Shown in pieces: positions 22,241 through 32,000 of a stretch of DNA of 32,000 nucleotides (positions are counted from its first letter, which is position 1; each line of letters begins with the position of its first letter). Below the pieces are notes generated by a model. That model did no database searches. It saw only the letters and a program-made list of their open reading frames with translations, and was not told the origin of the DNA. The position numbers and the translations under genes were made by a program. Source of the DNA: Candidatus Saccharimonadota bacterium (GTDB lineage Bacteria; Pseudomonadota; Gammaproteobacteria; Johnevansiales; Johnevansiaceae); the NCBI RefSeq assembly GCF_000300075.1, contig NC_018677.1:30001-62000 (forward strand). Reading direction: 5' to 3'.

Positions 22241-23516
22241 AATAAAATATTGATTTCAGAGTGTTTATTAACGGTTTTAAAGCTAATAAGTTTTGTGTTT
22301 TTTTATATAAATCTTTTATAGACACTTTATTCTTTTGAACTTCATTCTCTCCATAAATTAAAAGAATATTTATGTTATTTTTCTTTGCTTTATATATATT
22401 TTTTTTAAAAGATGTATCACAAAAAGTGTTTTGTATAATCAAATTAGGTAATTCATTACGAAGAAACTCTAATAGTTTAATTGATTTAATTATAATAGTT
22501 TTTTTATTTGAAATTGTAATAAAACAAACATGACTTTTAATTTTCATATTAGTTGGAAGTTTATTTGTGGTTTTTAATAACAATATTGTTCTTTCTAAGC
22601 CTATAGCACAACCTATAGCTGGAGTTTTTTTACAATTAAAAAATTTTAATAAATAATCATACCTACCACCAGCACATATAGTATTTTGACTACCTAAAGC
22701 TTTCGTTTTCCATTCAAAAACAGTGCGTGAATAATAATCTAAACCTCTTACTAAGTTTTTATTTATTTTGTATTTGATGTTTGTGTAATTTAAAATCTTT
22801 TTTAAATATTCAAAATGTTTAATAGATTTTTGATCTATATAATCTAATATGTTTGGAGTATGTGTTACTATATATGTTATATTCTTTACTTTAGTATCTA
22901 ATAATCTTAAAGGATTTTTATACATCTTATATATTAGATTGCTATCTAAATAATTTTTAAACTTTTTTAAATACTTGAACAATATATTTGTGTATAATCG
23001 TCTTGATGTTTTTGAACCCAAAGAATTTATTTCTAAATGTAAATATTTTTGCACCCCTAATGCCTTGAATATTCTATTTGTCATTATTATTATTTCTGAG
23101 TCCATCTCTGGACCATGTTTATTAAAACTTTCTACTCCAAATTGATGAAATTGCCTAAACCGACCATTTTGAGGATTTTCATATCTAAACATTGGACCAA
23201 CATACCACACTTTTTGTGTTTGATTTGTCATATGATTTTCTAGTATAGATCTAATTATAGAAGTAGTGTTTTCAGGTCTTAATGTTAATTGTTTTTGCTT
23301 TTTATCCTTAAACGTATACATTTCTTTTTTTATTATATCTGTAGTTTGTCCTAAAGAGATGGTAAATAAATTAGTTTGTTCAATAATTGGTGTTCTAATC
23401 TCTAAATATAAATGCTGATATAAAATCATTTTAATTTTATTTTCTATATATTGCCAAATAACAGATTTTTTAGGTAGAATATCATTCATACCTTTAAGAG
23501 ATTTTATTGTTATCAT
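22212..23516 (-). CDS. hisS: Histidyl-tRNA synthetase
   Basis: The protein is 434 aa. It has the N-terminal KGMNDILP, plus FRYENPQNGRFRQFHQFG and GGRYD class II HisRS motifs. Its 3' end overlaps the der start by 29 nt. Confidence 0.95.
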   Translation of the reverse strand: MITIKSLKGMNDILPKKSVIWQYIENKIKMILYQHLYLEIRTPIIEQTNLFTISLGQTTDIIKKEMYTFKDKKQKQLTLRPENTTSIIRSILENHMTNQTQKVWYVGPMFRYENPQNGRFRQFHQFGVESFNKHGPEMDSEIIIMTNRIFKALGVQKYLHLEINSLGSKTSRRLYTNILFKYLKKFKNYLDSNLIYKMYKNPLRLLDTKVKNITYIVTHTPNILDYIDQKSIKHFEYLKKILNYTNIKYKINKNLVRGLDYYSRTVFEWKTKALGSQNTICAGGRYDYLLKFFNCKKTPAIGCAIGLERTILLLKTTNKLPTNMKIKSHVCFITISNKKTIIIKSIKLLEFLRNELPNLIIQNTFCDTSFKKNIYKAKKNNINILLIYGENEVQKNKVSIKDLYKKTQNLLALKPLINTLKSIFYYESNYYNNW

Positions 23517-25451
23517 AAACTATATCTGTTATATTGTTTTGTTTAAACAAAGATTATATTTACTTAAATACTAAATAAGCAATATTAAAACTACATTGCT
23601 AACTAGATTTAAATAATAGAAAATACAATATGTAAAAAAACTCTAATAATAAAACAATTTTTTTAACACACACAAATAATCTACTCAACGCCATTTTACA
23701 ATCTTAATTTAATTCTTTCCTTTCTTATACAAACATAATTCTTTTTAACAAATAACAATTACCACTTCTACATACAATACAATTTTCTTTTCTTTTAACC
23801 AACACCATTAAACCACAACATTTTTATTTAATAACTTTTTAACAACAAAACTTCTACTAATACTACTGTTTAATAAGCCATGATTTTTATTTTCTTTTCT
23901 TTCTTTTTTTATCATTTATCACAAACAACAAATTCTTAACCAAATACATACTTGAGATTGCTAACACATAACATAATTATCATACAAAAAACATCCTTCT
24001 GCTAACATTTGCTAACTTATAACACAAAACACAAACAACAACATGTTACCATCCATTTATTTTTTTTATATAACATATTTTTTTCATTCTACACTTAACC
24101 TTTAAACATAGTTTAGAAAAAATATAACTACACAAGTCTTATATATCAAACTAAACTAATATAATATAACATAACATAACATATAATAAATGAAATACAC
24201 AAACCAAAAATTTAACAAAAATCACTAATACACAATCAAAAAAAAAAACTATATATAATAACAACATACAGCTAAAATATATACAAAACAAAAAAAACAA
24301 GAAAGAATATACACGGTTTAGTAAAAAGCAATAACGATATAAAAATTTAAAGAATAAACAAAAACACTGAACAATAACACAATTTTAAAGATATTTTTTT
24401 TAAGTACAACACAATTTTTAATAAATAATATAAAACTATTAGTTTTACACAACCACTTACAAACTAGTTATAAATTAGTTTTTCAACTTACATCAATACC
24501 AATACAACCATCTCTTTAGCAATACTACATAGTGTTGTATTTATTATTTACATTATTTATAATTAGCATAACAAGTTACGATATTAAGCATTAAACAAAC
24601 AACATCAAAAATAACAACAATCCTAAATTATTAAATATACTTCAAAATTCACAACTCTTTTAAGTACAAAAAATTCTATACATTAATCATAAAACATAAG
24701 ACATAAGAACTATTTAACAACCATAACCACAATTCACAAAACATAAAACATAAGACATAAGAACTATTTAACAACCATAACCACAATTCACAGCAAAACA
24801 AATATTTTTATAATACATATAACTCAAATATGTTAACGAAATTAAGAAAGAACAGATAACACCTAACAACTAAAAAAAGACAAAACAGCAAATAACAAAT
24901 CTAAACGGACATAAAGCATAACATATAACCCAACTTAGCAAAATAAAATACAATAGAGAATAAAAATACAGCAATTAAATAAATTCAGCGTTAATCAAAA
25001 CATAAAAGAAGAACACATACAGCAACTAAATAAAAAGATTAAACTAAAACTCTAACATAAAGCAAACACAAACGCACATACAGATAACACAAATACAAAA
25101 CACATAACAACTAATACAATGAAAATAACAGCTAAAAGTTAACACAAAAACTAAAAAACATAAAATATAAGAACGAAGACATATAAAATAAAAAAGCACA
25201 AAACAAGGAGTAAACAAGCTTATATAACAAAAATATATCCTCTAACACATACCTACAAAACTGCCAACTAACATCAAACATAAACACATAGATCTTAAAA
25301 TAGAATACATATAACTCAAAACAAAAAAAAAACAATAACAAACAGAAAAAAAGTTAAAGCGAAAATATATAAAATCAAAAAAAACAAAAATCAGAAAACT
25401 AAAGAAAACGAATAACACAGAACAAAAACAAAAATATAAAGGACGAAAATA
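23517..25451. other. 1.94-kb non-coding spacer between divergent hisS and lon. The plus strand is G-poor and A/C/T-rich, and becomes A-rich and T-poor from about 24840.
   Basis: There is no plus-strand ORF. The minus-strand track ORF at 25132-25341 is an artefact. The spacer contains repeated gctaaca motifs, an (ATAAC)n tract near 24166 and a perfect 51-bp duplication. Confidence 0.8.
24688..24792 (+). repeat. Perfect 51-bp direct duplication (24688-24738 and 24742-24792) separated by 3 nt
   Basis: The sequence cataaaacataagacataagaactatttaacaaccataaccacaattcaca was read twice with no mismatch. Confidence 0.92.
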
Positions 25452-27776
25452 GTGTCAAATAATCAAATATTGCCAGAAAGTATTTATTTACTGCCCATAA
25501 ATAATAGGCCGTTTTTTCCAGCACAAATACAGCCATTACTAATAGATAAAAATAGATGGGTTGAAACTATAAAAAGAGTGTTTAATACAAAACATGGTTG
25601 TTTAGGCTTAAGTTATGTTGGAAACAATAAGATTGTTGAAGAAAGTCCAAAAATTAAAGAATTTCCTATGATGGGAACAATTGTAAAAATCCATCGTACA
25701 GATGGAGATCAAATTCAATTGATAGCTCAAGGTTTAAGACGTTTTAAAATAATAAATTGGATATCAAATAAAGCTCCATTTTATGTAGAAGTTATATATC
25801 CTAAAGAAAATATAAATAAAGAATCAAATGAGACACGCGCGTATGCAATTGCTATGATAAAAGGAATAAAAGAATTATTACCAAATAATCCATTATATGG
25901 TGAAGAATTAAAAAAATATTTAAATAGATTTAGTCCTAGTGATCCAGGCCCATTAACTGATTTTGCAGCAGCAATTACATCAAATAAAGGTAAAGAGTTA
26001 CAAAATATTTTAGAAACATTATCAATTTTAAAACGTATGCAATTAGTGCTACCTTTGTTAAGAAAAGAAATAGAAATTTCTAATTTATATAATGAAATAT
26101 CACAAAAAGTAAATTTGCAAATGCATGAAAGACAAAGAGATTTTTTTTTAAGAGAGCAATTAAAACTTATACAAAAAGAATTAGATATAAAAAAAGACGA
26201 AAGAAAAACAGATATAAATACATTTAAAAAACGTATAAAAAGGTATAATTTATCAACAAAAGCAAAAAATAAAATAAACGAAGAAATAAATAAATTAAAA
26301 ATATTAGACATAGGATCTCCTGAATATAGTACAACTCGTAATTATTTAGAATGGTTAACAAAAATTCCTTGGGGAATTGTCTCGAAAGATATAATTGACA
26401 TAAAATATGCACGGAAAATATTAAATAACAATCATAATGGTTTAATTGATATAAAAGAAAGAATTATTGAATTTTTAGCTGAATGTACTTTTAAAGGTAC
26501 TGTAGGAGGCTCAATTTTGTTATTACTAGGTCCACCCGGTGTGGGAAAAACATCGATAGGAAAATCTATAGCTAATGCTTTAGGAAGAAAATTTTATAGA
26601 ATATCATTGGGTGGTATACGTGATGAAGCTGAAATAAAAGGACATCGGAGAACTTATGTAAGTTCAATGCCAGGAAAAATAGTTCAAGCATTAAAAGATA
26701 CTCAAGTCTTTAATCCTGTCATTATGTTGGATGAAATAGATAAAATTAGTCAAACATATAATAATGATCCAGCATCGGCTTTGTTAGAGGTATTAGATTC
26801 AGAACAAAACAATGAATTTTTTGATAATTATTTAGATATAAAGGTAGATTTATCTAAAGTAATTTTTATATGTACAGCAAATCAAATAGACACAATTCCC
26901 ATACCTTTATATGACAGAATGGAAGTGATTCGATTGTGTGGTTATATTTATGAAGAAAAATACACTATAGCGAAAAAATATTTATGGCCTAGATTATTAA
27001 AAAAAGATAATTTACCTAAAAAAAGTATAAAAATTACCTCGCCAGCATTAAAACAAGTTATTGAAGGATATGCTAGAGAATCAGGAGTAAGAACTTTAGA
27101 AAAACAATTACATCGTATTATTCGTAAATCAGCAGTGAAATTATTACTAAATAAAAATAAAGTGATCAAAATTTCAAAAAATAATTTAAAAAATTATTTA
27201 GGTTTACCTAAATTTAAAAAAGAACCTTCGTTGAAAGGTATAGGTGTAGTAACAGGATTAGCATGGACGCAACTAGGTGGTGTGACTTTACCAATAGAAG
27301 CTGTTAAAATAAATAATTTAAAAAATGGATTAAAATTAACAGGCAATTTAGGTAGTGTAATGAAAGAGTCAGCCAAAATAGCATACAGCTATATATTAGC
27401 GAATATAAATCATTATAAGATAAATAAAAAGTTTTTTAATAAATATTTTATACATTTACATGTTCCAGAAGGCGCAGTGCAGAAGGATGGCCCTTCTGCA
27501 GGTATTACTATGACAACAGCTTTAATATCTTTAGCTACGTTAAAAAGTATAACAAGAATTATAGCAATGACCGGAGAAATTACGTTAACAGGTAAGGTAT
27601 TAGCAGTAGGAGGAATAAGAGAAAAAATAGTAGCAGCTAGAAGAAGTGAAATATTTGAAATATTACTACCAAAAGGAAATAAAAGTGATTTTGAAAACTT
27701 ACCAAATTATTTAAAAAAAAATATAAAAATTCATTTTGTTAAAGACTATAAAGATGTTGCAAAACTAGTATTTTAA
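25452..27776 (+). CDS. lon: ATP-dependent Lon protease
   Basis: The protein is 774 aa with a GTG start. It has the Walker A motif GPPGVGKTS and the catalytic-Ser motif KDGPSAGITM. An AAGGA lies 9 nt upstream of the start. Confidence 0.96.
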   Translation: MSNNQILPESIYLLPINNRPFFPAQIQPLLIDKNRWVETIKRVFNTKHGCLGLSYVGNNKIVEESPKIKEFPMMGTIVKIHRTDGDQIQLIAQGLRRFKIINWISNKAPFYVEVIYPKENINKESNETRAYAIAMIKGIKELLPNNPLYGEELKKYLNRFSPSDPGPLTDFAAAITSNKGKELQNILETLSILKRMQLVLPLLRKEIEISNLYNEISQKVNLQMHERQRDFFLREQLKLIQKELDIKKDERKTDINTFKKRIKRYNLSTKAKNKINEEINKLKILDIGSPEYSTTRNYLEWLTKIPWGIVSKDIIDIKYARKILNNNHNGLIDIKERIIEFLAECTFKGTVGGSILLLLGPPGVGKTSIGKSIANALGRKFYRISLGGIRDEAEIKGHRRTYVSSMPGKIVQALKDTQVFNPVIMLDEIDKISQTYNNDPASALLEVLDSEQNNEFFDNYLDIKVDLSKVIFICTANQIDTIPIPLYDRMEVIRLCGYIYEEKYTIAKKYLWPRLLKKDNLPKKSIKITSPALKQVIEGYARESGVRTLEKQLHRIIRKSAVKLLLNKNKVIKISKNNLKNYLGLPKFKKEPSLKGIGVVTGLAWTQLGGVTLPIEAVKINNLKNGLKLTGNLGSVMKESAKIAYSYILANINHYKINKKFFNKYFIHLHVPEGAVQKDGPSAGITMTTALISLATLKSITRIIAMTGEITLTGKVLAVGGIREKIVAARRSEIFEILLPKGNKSDFENLPNYLKKNIKIHFVKDYKDVAKLVF

Positions 27777-27818
27777 CATATTGTTGATTCTTTTAGTTAT
27801 TTATTAGGTAAATAAAAC

Positions 27819-29657
27819 ATGAATACTTATAGATCGTATACAACGACAAAAAAAACCATGGTTGGAGCACGAGCTTTATGGCGTGCGACGGGAATGAAAG
27901 ATAATGATTTTTATAAGCCAATAATAGCAATTGCTAATTCTTATACAGATTTTGTGCCTGGTCATATCAATCTAGATAAGGTAGGAACTATTATAAAAAA
28001 GTCAATTATAAAAAATGGAGCTAACGCAAAAGTTTTTAATACTATTGCGATAGATGATGGTATCGCTATGGGTCATAGCGGAATGTTGTACTCGTTGCCT
28101 TCAAGAGAACTTATAGCGGATTCAATAGAATATATGGTAAATGCGCATTGTGCTGATGCTTTGGTTTGTATTTCTAATTGTGATAAAATAACGCCAGGTA
28201 TGTTAATAGCTTGTTTTAGATTAAATGTACCTACAATATTTGTTTCGGGGGGTGCAATGGAAGTAGGTAAGTTAAAAAAGGAAAAAAAAAATATAAATTT
28301 AGTTGATGCAATAATAATAAGTGGATCAAAAGATAAAAAAAAAACAAAAAGATTAGAAATAGAAAAAAATGCATGTCCTACTTGTGGTAGTTGTTCAGGT
28401 ATGTTTACAGCAAATTCTATGAATTGTTTATTAGAAGTGTTAGGTTTGACATTTCCAGGCAATGGGACGTTGTTATCAACTCATAAAAACAGAAAATTAT
28501 TATTTAATAAAGTAGGCAAACGAATTGTAGAATTAACTAACGAATATTATAACAAGAACAAAAAAGTTTTACCTCGTGATATTTGTGTAAAAAATTCGTT
28601 TGAAAATGCGATGATAATGGATATAGCAATGGGTGGATCAACAAATACAATACTTCATTTATTAGCGATTGCTACAGAAGCAAACATAAAGTTTAAATTA
28701 AAACATATAGATATATTATCAAAAAAGGTGCCTCAATTATGTAAATTATCTCCAAATACAAATAAATATTATATTGAAGATTTTCATAGAGCTGGAGGTG
28801 TTTTTGGATTGTTAGGAGAATTAAATAAATTAAATTTATTAAATATTAAGGTATCCACTGTACACAGTAAAACATTAGAAAAAGCTCTATATAAATGGGA
28901 TATTATGTGTTCTAATGATAAAAATATATTAAACTTTTATAAATCAGCTCCTGGGCGTATAATAACAACAAAAGCGTTTTATCAGAACAATCAATGGACT
29001 GCATTAGATAAAGATAGAGTTACTGGTTGTATACGTAATCTAAACAATTGTTACTCCTCAGATGGAGGTCTAGCTATTTTGTTTGGTAATATAGCAGAAA
29101 AGGGATGTGTTGTTAAAACAGCTGGAGTTTATAGAAAAAATTTATTATTTAAAGGAAGGGCTAAAGTTGTATATTCGCAAGAAAAAGCCGTCCAACAAAT
29201 ATTAAAGAATAAAATAAAAAAAGGGGACATTTTAATTATATGTTTTGAAGGACCTAAAGGTGGCCCTGGTATGCAAGAAATGCTATATCCTACCTCTTAT
29301 TTAAAATATAAACATTTAGATAAATATTGTGCTTTATTAACGGATGGAAGATTTTCAGGTGGTACTTCAGGTTTATCCATTGGACATATATCTCCAGAAG
29401 CAGCTGAGTATGGCAATATAGCATTGGTTGAAGATAATGATGTAATAAGTATTAATTTAAAAGAAAGATATTTAAATGTATTGATTAATAAAAAGTTATT
29501 AAATAATCGTAGAAAAATAATGATTAAACTTTATAAAAACAAATGGACGCAAATAACTAACCGTAAGAGAAAAATAACTAACACGTTGAAATTGTATTCA
29601 CATTTTGCTACATCAGCAGATACAGGTGCTACAAGAAAAATAATATGTTATAAATGA
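27819..29657 (+). CDS. ilvD: Dihydroxy-acid dehydratase
   Basis: The protein is 612 aa. It has CDKITPGML, the [17 protein letters not shown] Fe-S cluster motif and [11 protein letters not shown]. Confidence 0.97.
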   Translation: MNTYRSYTTTKKTMVGARALWRATGMKDNDFYKPIIAIANSYTDFVPGHINLDKVGTIIKKSIIKNGANAKVFNTIAIDDGIAMGHSGMLYSLPSRELIADSIEYMVNAHCADALVCISNCDKITPGMLIACFRLNVPTIFVSGGAMEVGKLKKEKKNINLVDAIIISGSKDKKKTKRLEIEKNACPTCGSCSGMFTANSMNCLLEVLGLTFPGNGTLLSTHKNRKLLFNKVGKRIVELTNEYYNKNKKVLPRDICVKNSFENAMIMDIAMGGSTNTILHLLAIATEANIKFKLKHIDILSKKVPQLCKLSPNTNKYYIEDFHRAGGVFGLLGELNKLNLLNIKVSTVHSKTLEKALYKWDIMCSNDKNILNFYKSAPGRIITTKAFYQNNQWTALDKDRVTGCIRNLNNCYSSDGGLAILFGNIAEKGCVVKTAGVYRKNLLFKGRAKVVYSQEKAVQQILKNKIKKGDILIICFEGPKGGPGMQEMLYPTSYLKYKHLDKYCALLTDGRFSGGTSGLSIGHISPEAAEYGNIALVEDNDVISINLKERYLNVLINKKLLNNRRKIMIKLYKNKWTQITNRKRKITNTLKLYSHFATSADTGATRKIICYK

Positions 29658-31147
29658 TTTACTTTTTTTTATAAAAAGACTTTACACATTACATTCCAAT
29701 AAATAAAACAAAACAAAACGTAAATAACTATATTTTCATAATTTTTATAAAACAAATCATAACAAAGTTCATAGTTTTTATAAAACAAATCCCAACAAAA
29801 TCCATAGCTTTTTCGTTAGAAAAAAAATTACAAAACAAAGAAATAAATTTTAAATAGAAGAAAAACTTTATATAAACAATTCAACACTTTAAATCTCTTA
29901 ACTAATGATTTTTATCTTATTCAATATAAACATATAAAGATTAAGCTTTATATATAATAGATATATTAACAAACATATTGTTAACCAATATTTAAACTTT
30001 TATTTTTAAACAAAACATCAATTATATATTATTAGTTTAATATATTTTTTTTTGAATTTGATTTGGATTACATAAAGATTTTAACTTGAATAATATCTAC
30101 TAAACTTAAAACTTACTAAACAACAAGTTTTTTATAGACACAACTATTCAAACACTCCATATCTGTTCTATCTTTTCTATTTTTCACATCTAATTTATTT
30201 TTACACAGGAAAATAATAGGCATTTATACTTGTGTACATGTGTTTTTTTTTATCGGTATCGTTAATACGTAATATATGTTTTTAGATATACGTTTAAAAT
30301 AAGTATTTTATATTTTCTTCAAATAACTAATACTAAATATTTTGTTTTTATACAATTAATGTTTTTTTACAAACATATTAATACCTTTTTGTTCAATTTA
30401 TCATTACAAATTCTATTAAATAACAACAAAACCTTATTTTACTTGTATACCGTATGACATATATATTTTTCAAACTATACAATACAAAATACAACTCTTA
30501 TAGTTAGTTAAGTATTAAACAAACAAGTTTAAGCATTTATAATTTTAACAACAAAATTAACTTAACCAATAAATTTAAAAGAAACAACTACTATAAACAA
30601 ACACATTAATCTACTATTTAAACATTACATCCACTACTAACAATTTAACCCTTAACCCTTTTCTACATCTACATTCATTAAACCTACAGCATATTTTACA
30701 TAGTATATACAACCTTCTATATATTAGTAAACTTTACAAGTCTATACAAAAAAGAATAGTTACTATACAGCATACAACTTTAAGCAATAAACAACATACA
30801 GCAGAACCCAATAAATCCATTAACCATACTAATAAAAAAACTGTAATACAAAAGCTAAACAAAAATATCATCTAAAACCATAATAACAAACAAAAAAAAA
30901 TACAACACATAACATAGAAAAAGTAGAAAAAAAAAACAACAAAATAGCATATAGACAAAAAAAAAGAACAGTAAACAGCAAAGAAAAAGAGAAAAATTAT
31001 ACAATACAGAAAAAGATGGTTATATAGTAAAGAAAAAACCATAAAAACACAGAAAGCTAACCATCAAAACTAAACAAAAGACTACGTAGATAAATAGAAA
31101 TATATATAAAAAGTATAAAAAAAATAAGAATATAAGTAAAATTAGAT
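29658..31147. other. 1.49-kb non-coding spacer between ilvD and the miaA pseudogene. It includes an ordinary AT-rich island without skew (about 29900-30480), followed by a G-poor A/C/T part and an A-rich leader.
   Basis: There are no ORFs in the track. Composition changes are visible by eye. Confidence 0.75.
29742..29807 (+). repeat. 33-bp tandem duplication, 2 copies with about 4 mismatches
   Basis: The two copies are tttttataaaacaaatcataacaaagttcatag and tttttataaaacaaatcccaacaaaatccatag. Confidence 0.85.
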
Positions 31148-31949
31148 ATGGGGACCACAGCATCAGGAAAAAAAGTTAGCTATAACTTTAAAAGAATATA
31201 AAATTGTGAGTTAATTAGTGTAGATTCAGCTATGGTTAATAGAAAGATGGATATCGGAACAGCAAAACAAAAATATAGATATCATGAATTAATATATATA
31301 AAAATAATAATGAAAAATATTTAGATTTGGATTTTCGTAAAGAAGCAATAAAAACAATTAGTAAGTTAGGAAAGATTCATATTTTAGTTTGTGGTACAAT
31401 GTTTAATTTAAAAACTTTATTAGAAGGAATAGCAACAATAACTTTTTACAATATTAAATTAAGCAATAAGTATTGTTTATTATTTAATAATAAATTATTT
31501 CATAAAACTGTATTAAAATTATATAATAAAGACATTTATCGAATAAAACGATTATTAGAAGTATATTTAAATACTGATTAATTAATATTGGAAAAACAAT
31601 AATAAAAATTTAAATGAAATGTAATAAAAATTATTATTAAACACAATAACAAGGAAAACTTATATAAAACCGTGTTAATACGTTTAAATATTATTTTTGA
31701 AAAAGCTTTCATCACACAAGTATAAATGTTAACGTTTATGAAAAATATGTATTTAGAATTACCTGAAAATCGAAGTATAGGTTATCGGAAAATTGGTGAC
31801 TTTGTTGATGAAAAATATAATTATTTTATTTTAAAAGATAAGATTTAATCAGCTAATAGAAACTTAGCAAAAAAAAAATTATGGTTACAAAAATATAAAG
31901 ATGCTTTTTTGTTAGATGCTTATAAACATAAAAATAGAAATAGAGATTA
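31148..31949 (+). pseudogene. miaA: tRNA dimethylallyltransferase pseudogene. It is full-length but has several in-frame stops and at least one frameshift.
   Basis: My hand translation is collinear with E. coli MiaA along the whole length. [39 protein letters not shown] matches GPTASGKT...[21 protein letters not shown]. After a frame change, [33 protein letters not shown] matches DFRRDAL...[32 protein letters not shown] follows. Then GYRKIGDFV...KI*SANRNLAKKKLWLQKY matches GYRQ...ATRQLAKRQITWLRGW. Stops lie at 31199, 31579 and 31846, among others. Confidence 0.88.
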
Positions 31950-32000
31950 GGTTGTATAATTAGTTGAAATAAATATTACAGAAGAATGGAAAAAAAAATA

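Noticed and set aside
31327-31581. The 84-aa ORF in the track could be called as an intact small gene.
   Set aside because: It is the central fragment of the disrupted miaA reading frame ([24 protein letters not shown]). Homologous sequence continues on both sides across stops and a frameshift.

Overview
This is an AT-rich segment (roughly a quarter GC by eye) that looks like a reduced-genome gammaproteobacterial insect endosymbiont. It uses the standard genetic code: TGA terminates ilvA and atpE at their homologous C-termini. I can support 22 intact housekeeping or biosynthetic CDS, one tRNA and one pseudogene. The CDS are ilvA, fpr, atpBEFHAGD, atpC, argF, leuD-leuB-asd-truA-trpF, a LysE/ArgO-family exporter, serS, der and hisS on the minus strand, lon and ilvD. 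The tRNA is tRNA-Arg(ACG). The pseudogene is a full-length but multiply disrupted miaA. The block leuD-leuB-asd-truA-trpF matches the Pseudomonas/Oceanospirillales-type order. Together with the composition and the long repeat-rich spacers, this fits a Candidatus Portiera aleyrodidarum (Bemisia-type) genome or a similar one. That assignment is inference from memory and was not searched. No mobile elements, CRISPR arrays, phage genes, defence systems or secondary-metabolite clusters are visible. The unusual part is the non-coding DNA, which makes up about a quarter of the window. It sits in seven spacers of 0.2-1.9 kb with extreme strand-asymmetric composition. The plus strand is almost G-free in six of them, including one 360-nt run with no G at all. 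Polarity is reversed (C-free) at nt 1-360. The spacers are built from heptanucleotide microsatellites, perfect tandem duplications and short modules shared between spacers. The same A/C/T-only sequence also forms an in-frame linker expansion of about 114 codons inside der. Most spacers share a two-part layout: a G-free A/C/T part followed by a very A-rich, T-poor leader that abuts the next start codon. I found no convincing intrinsic terminators or reliable promoters.
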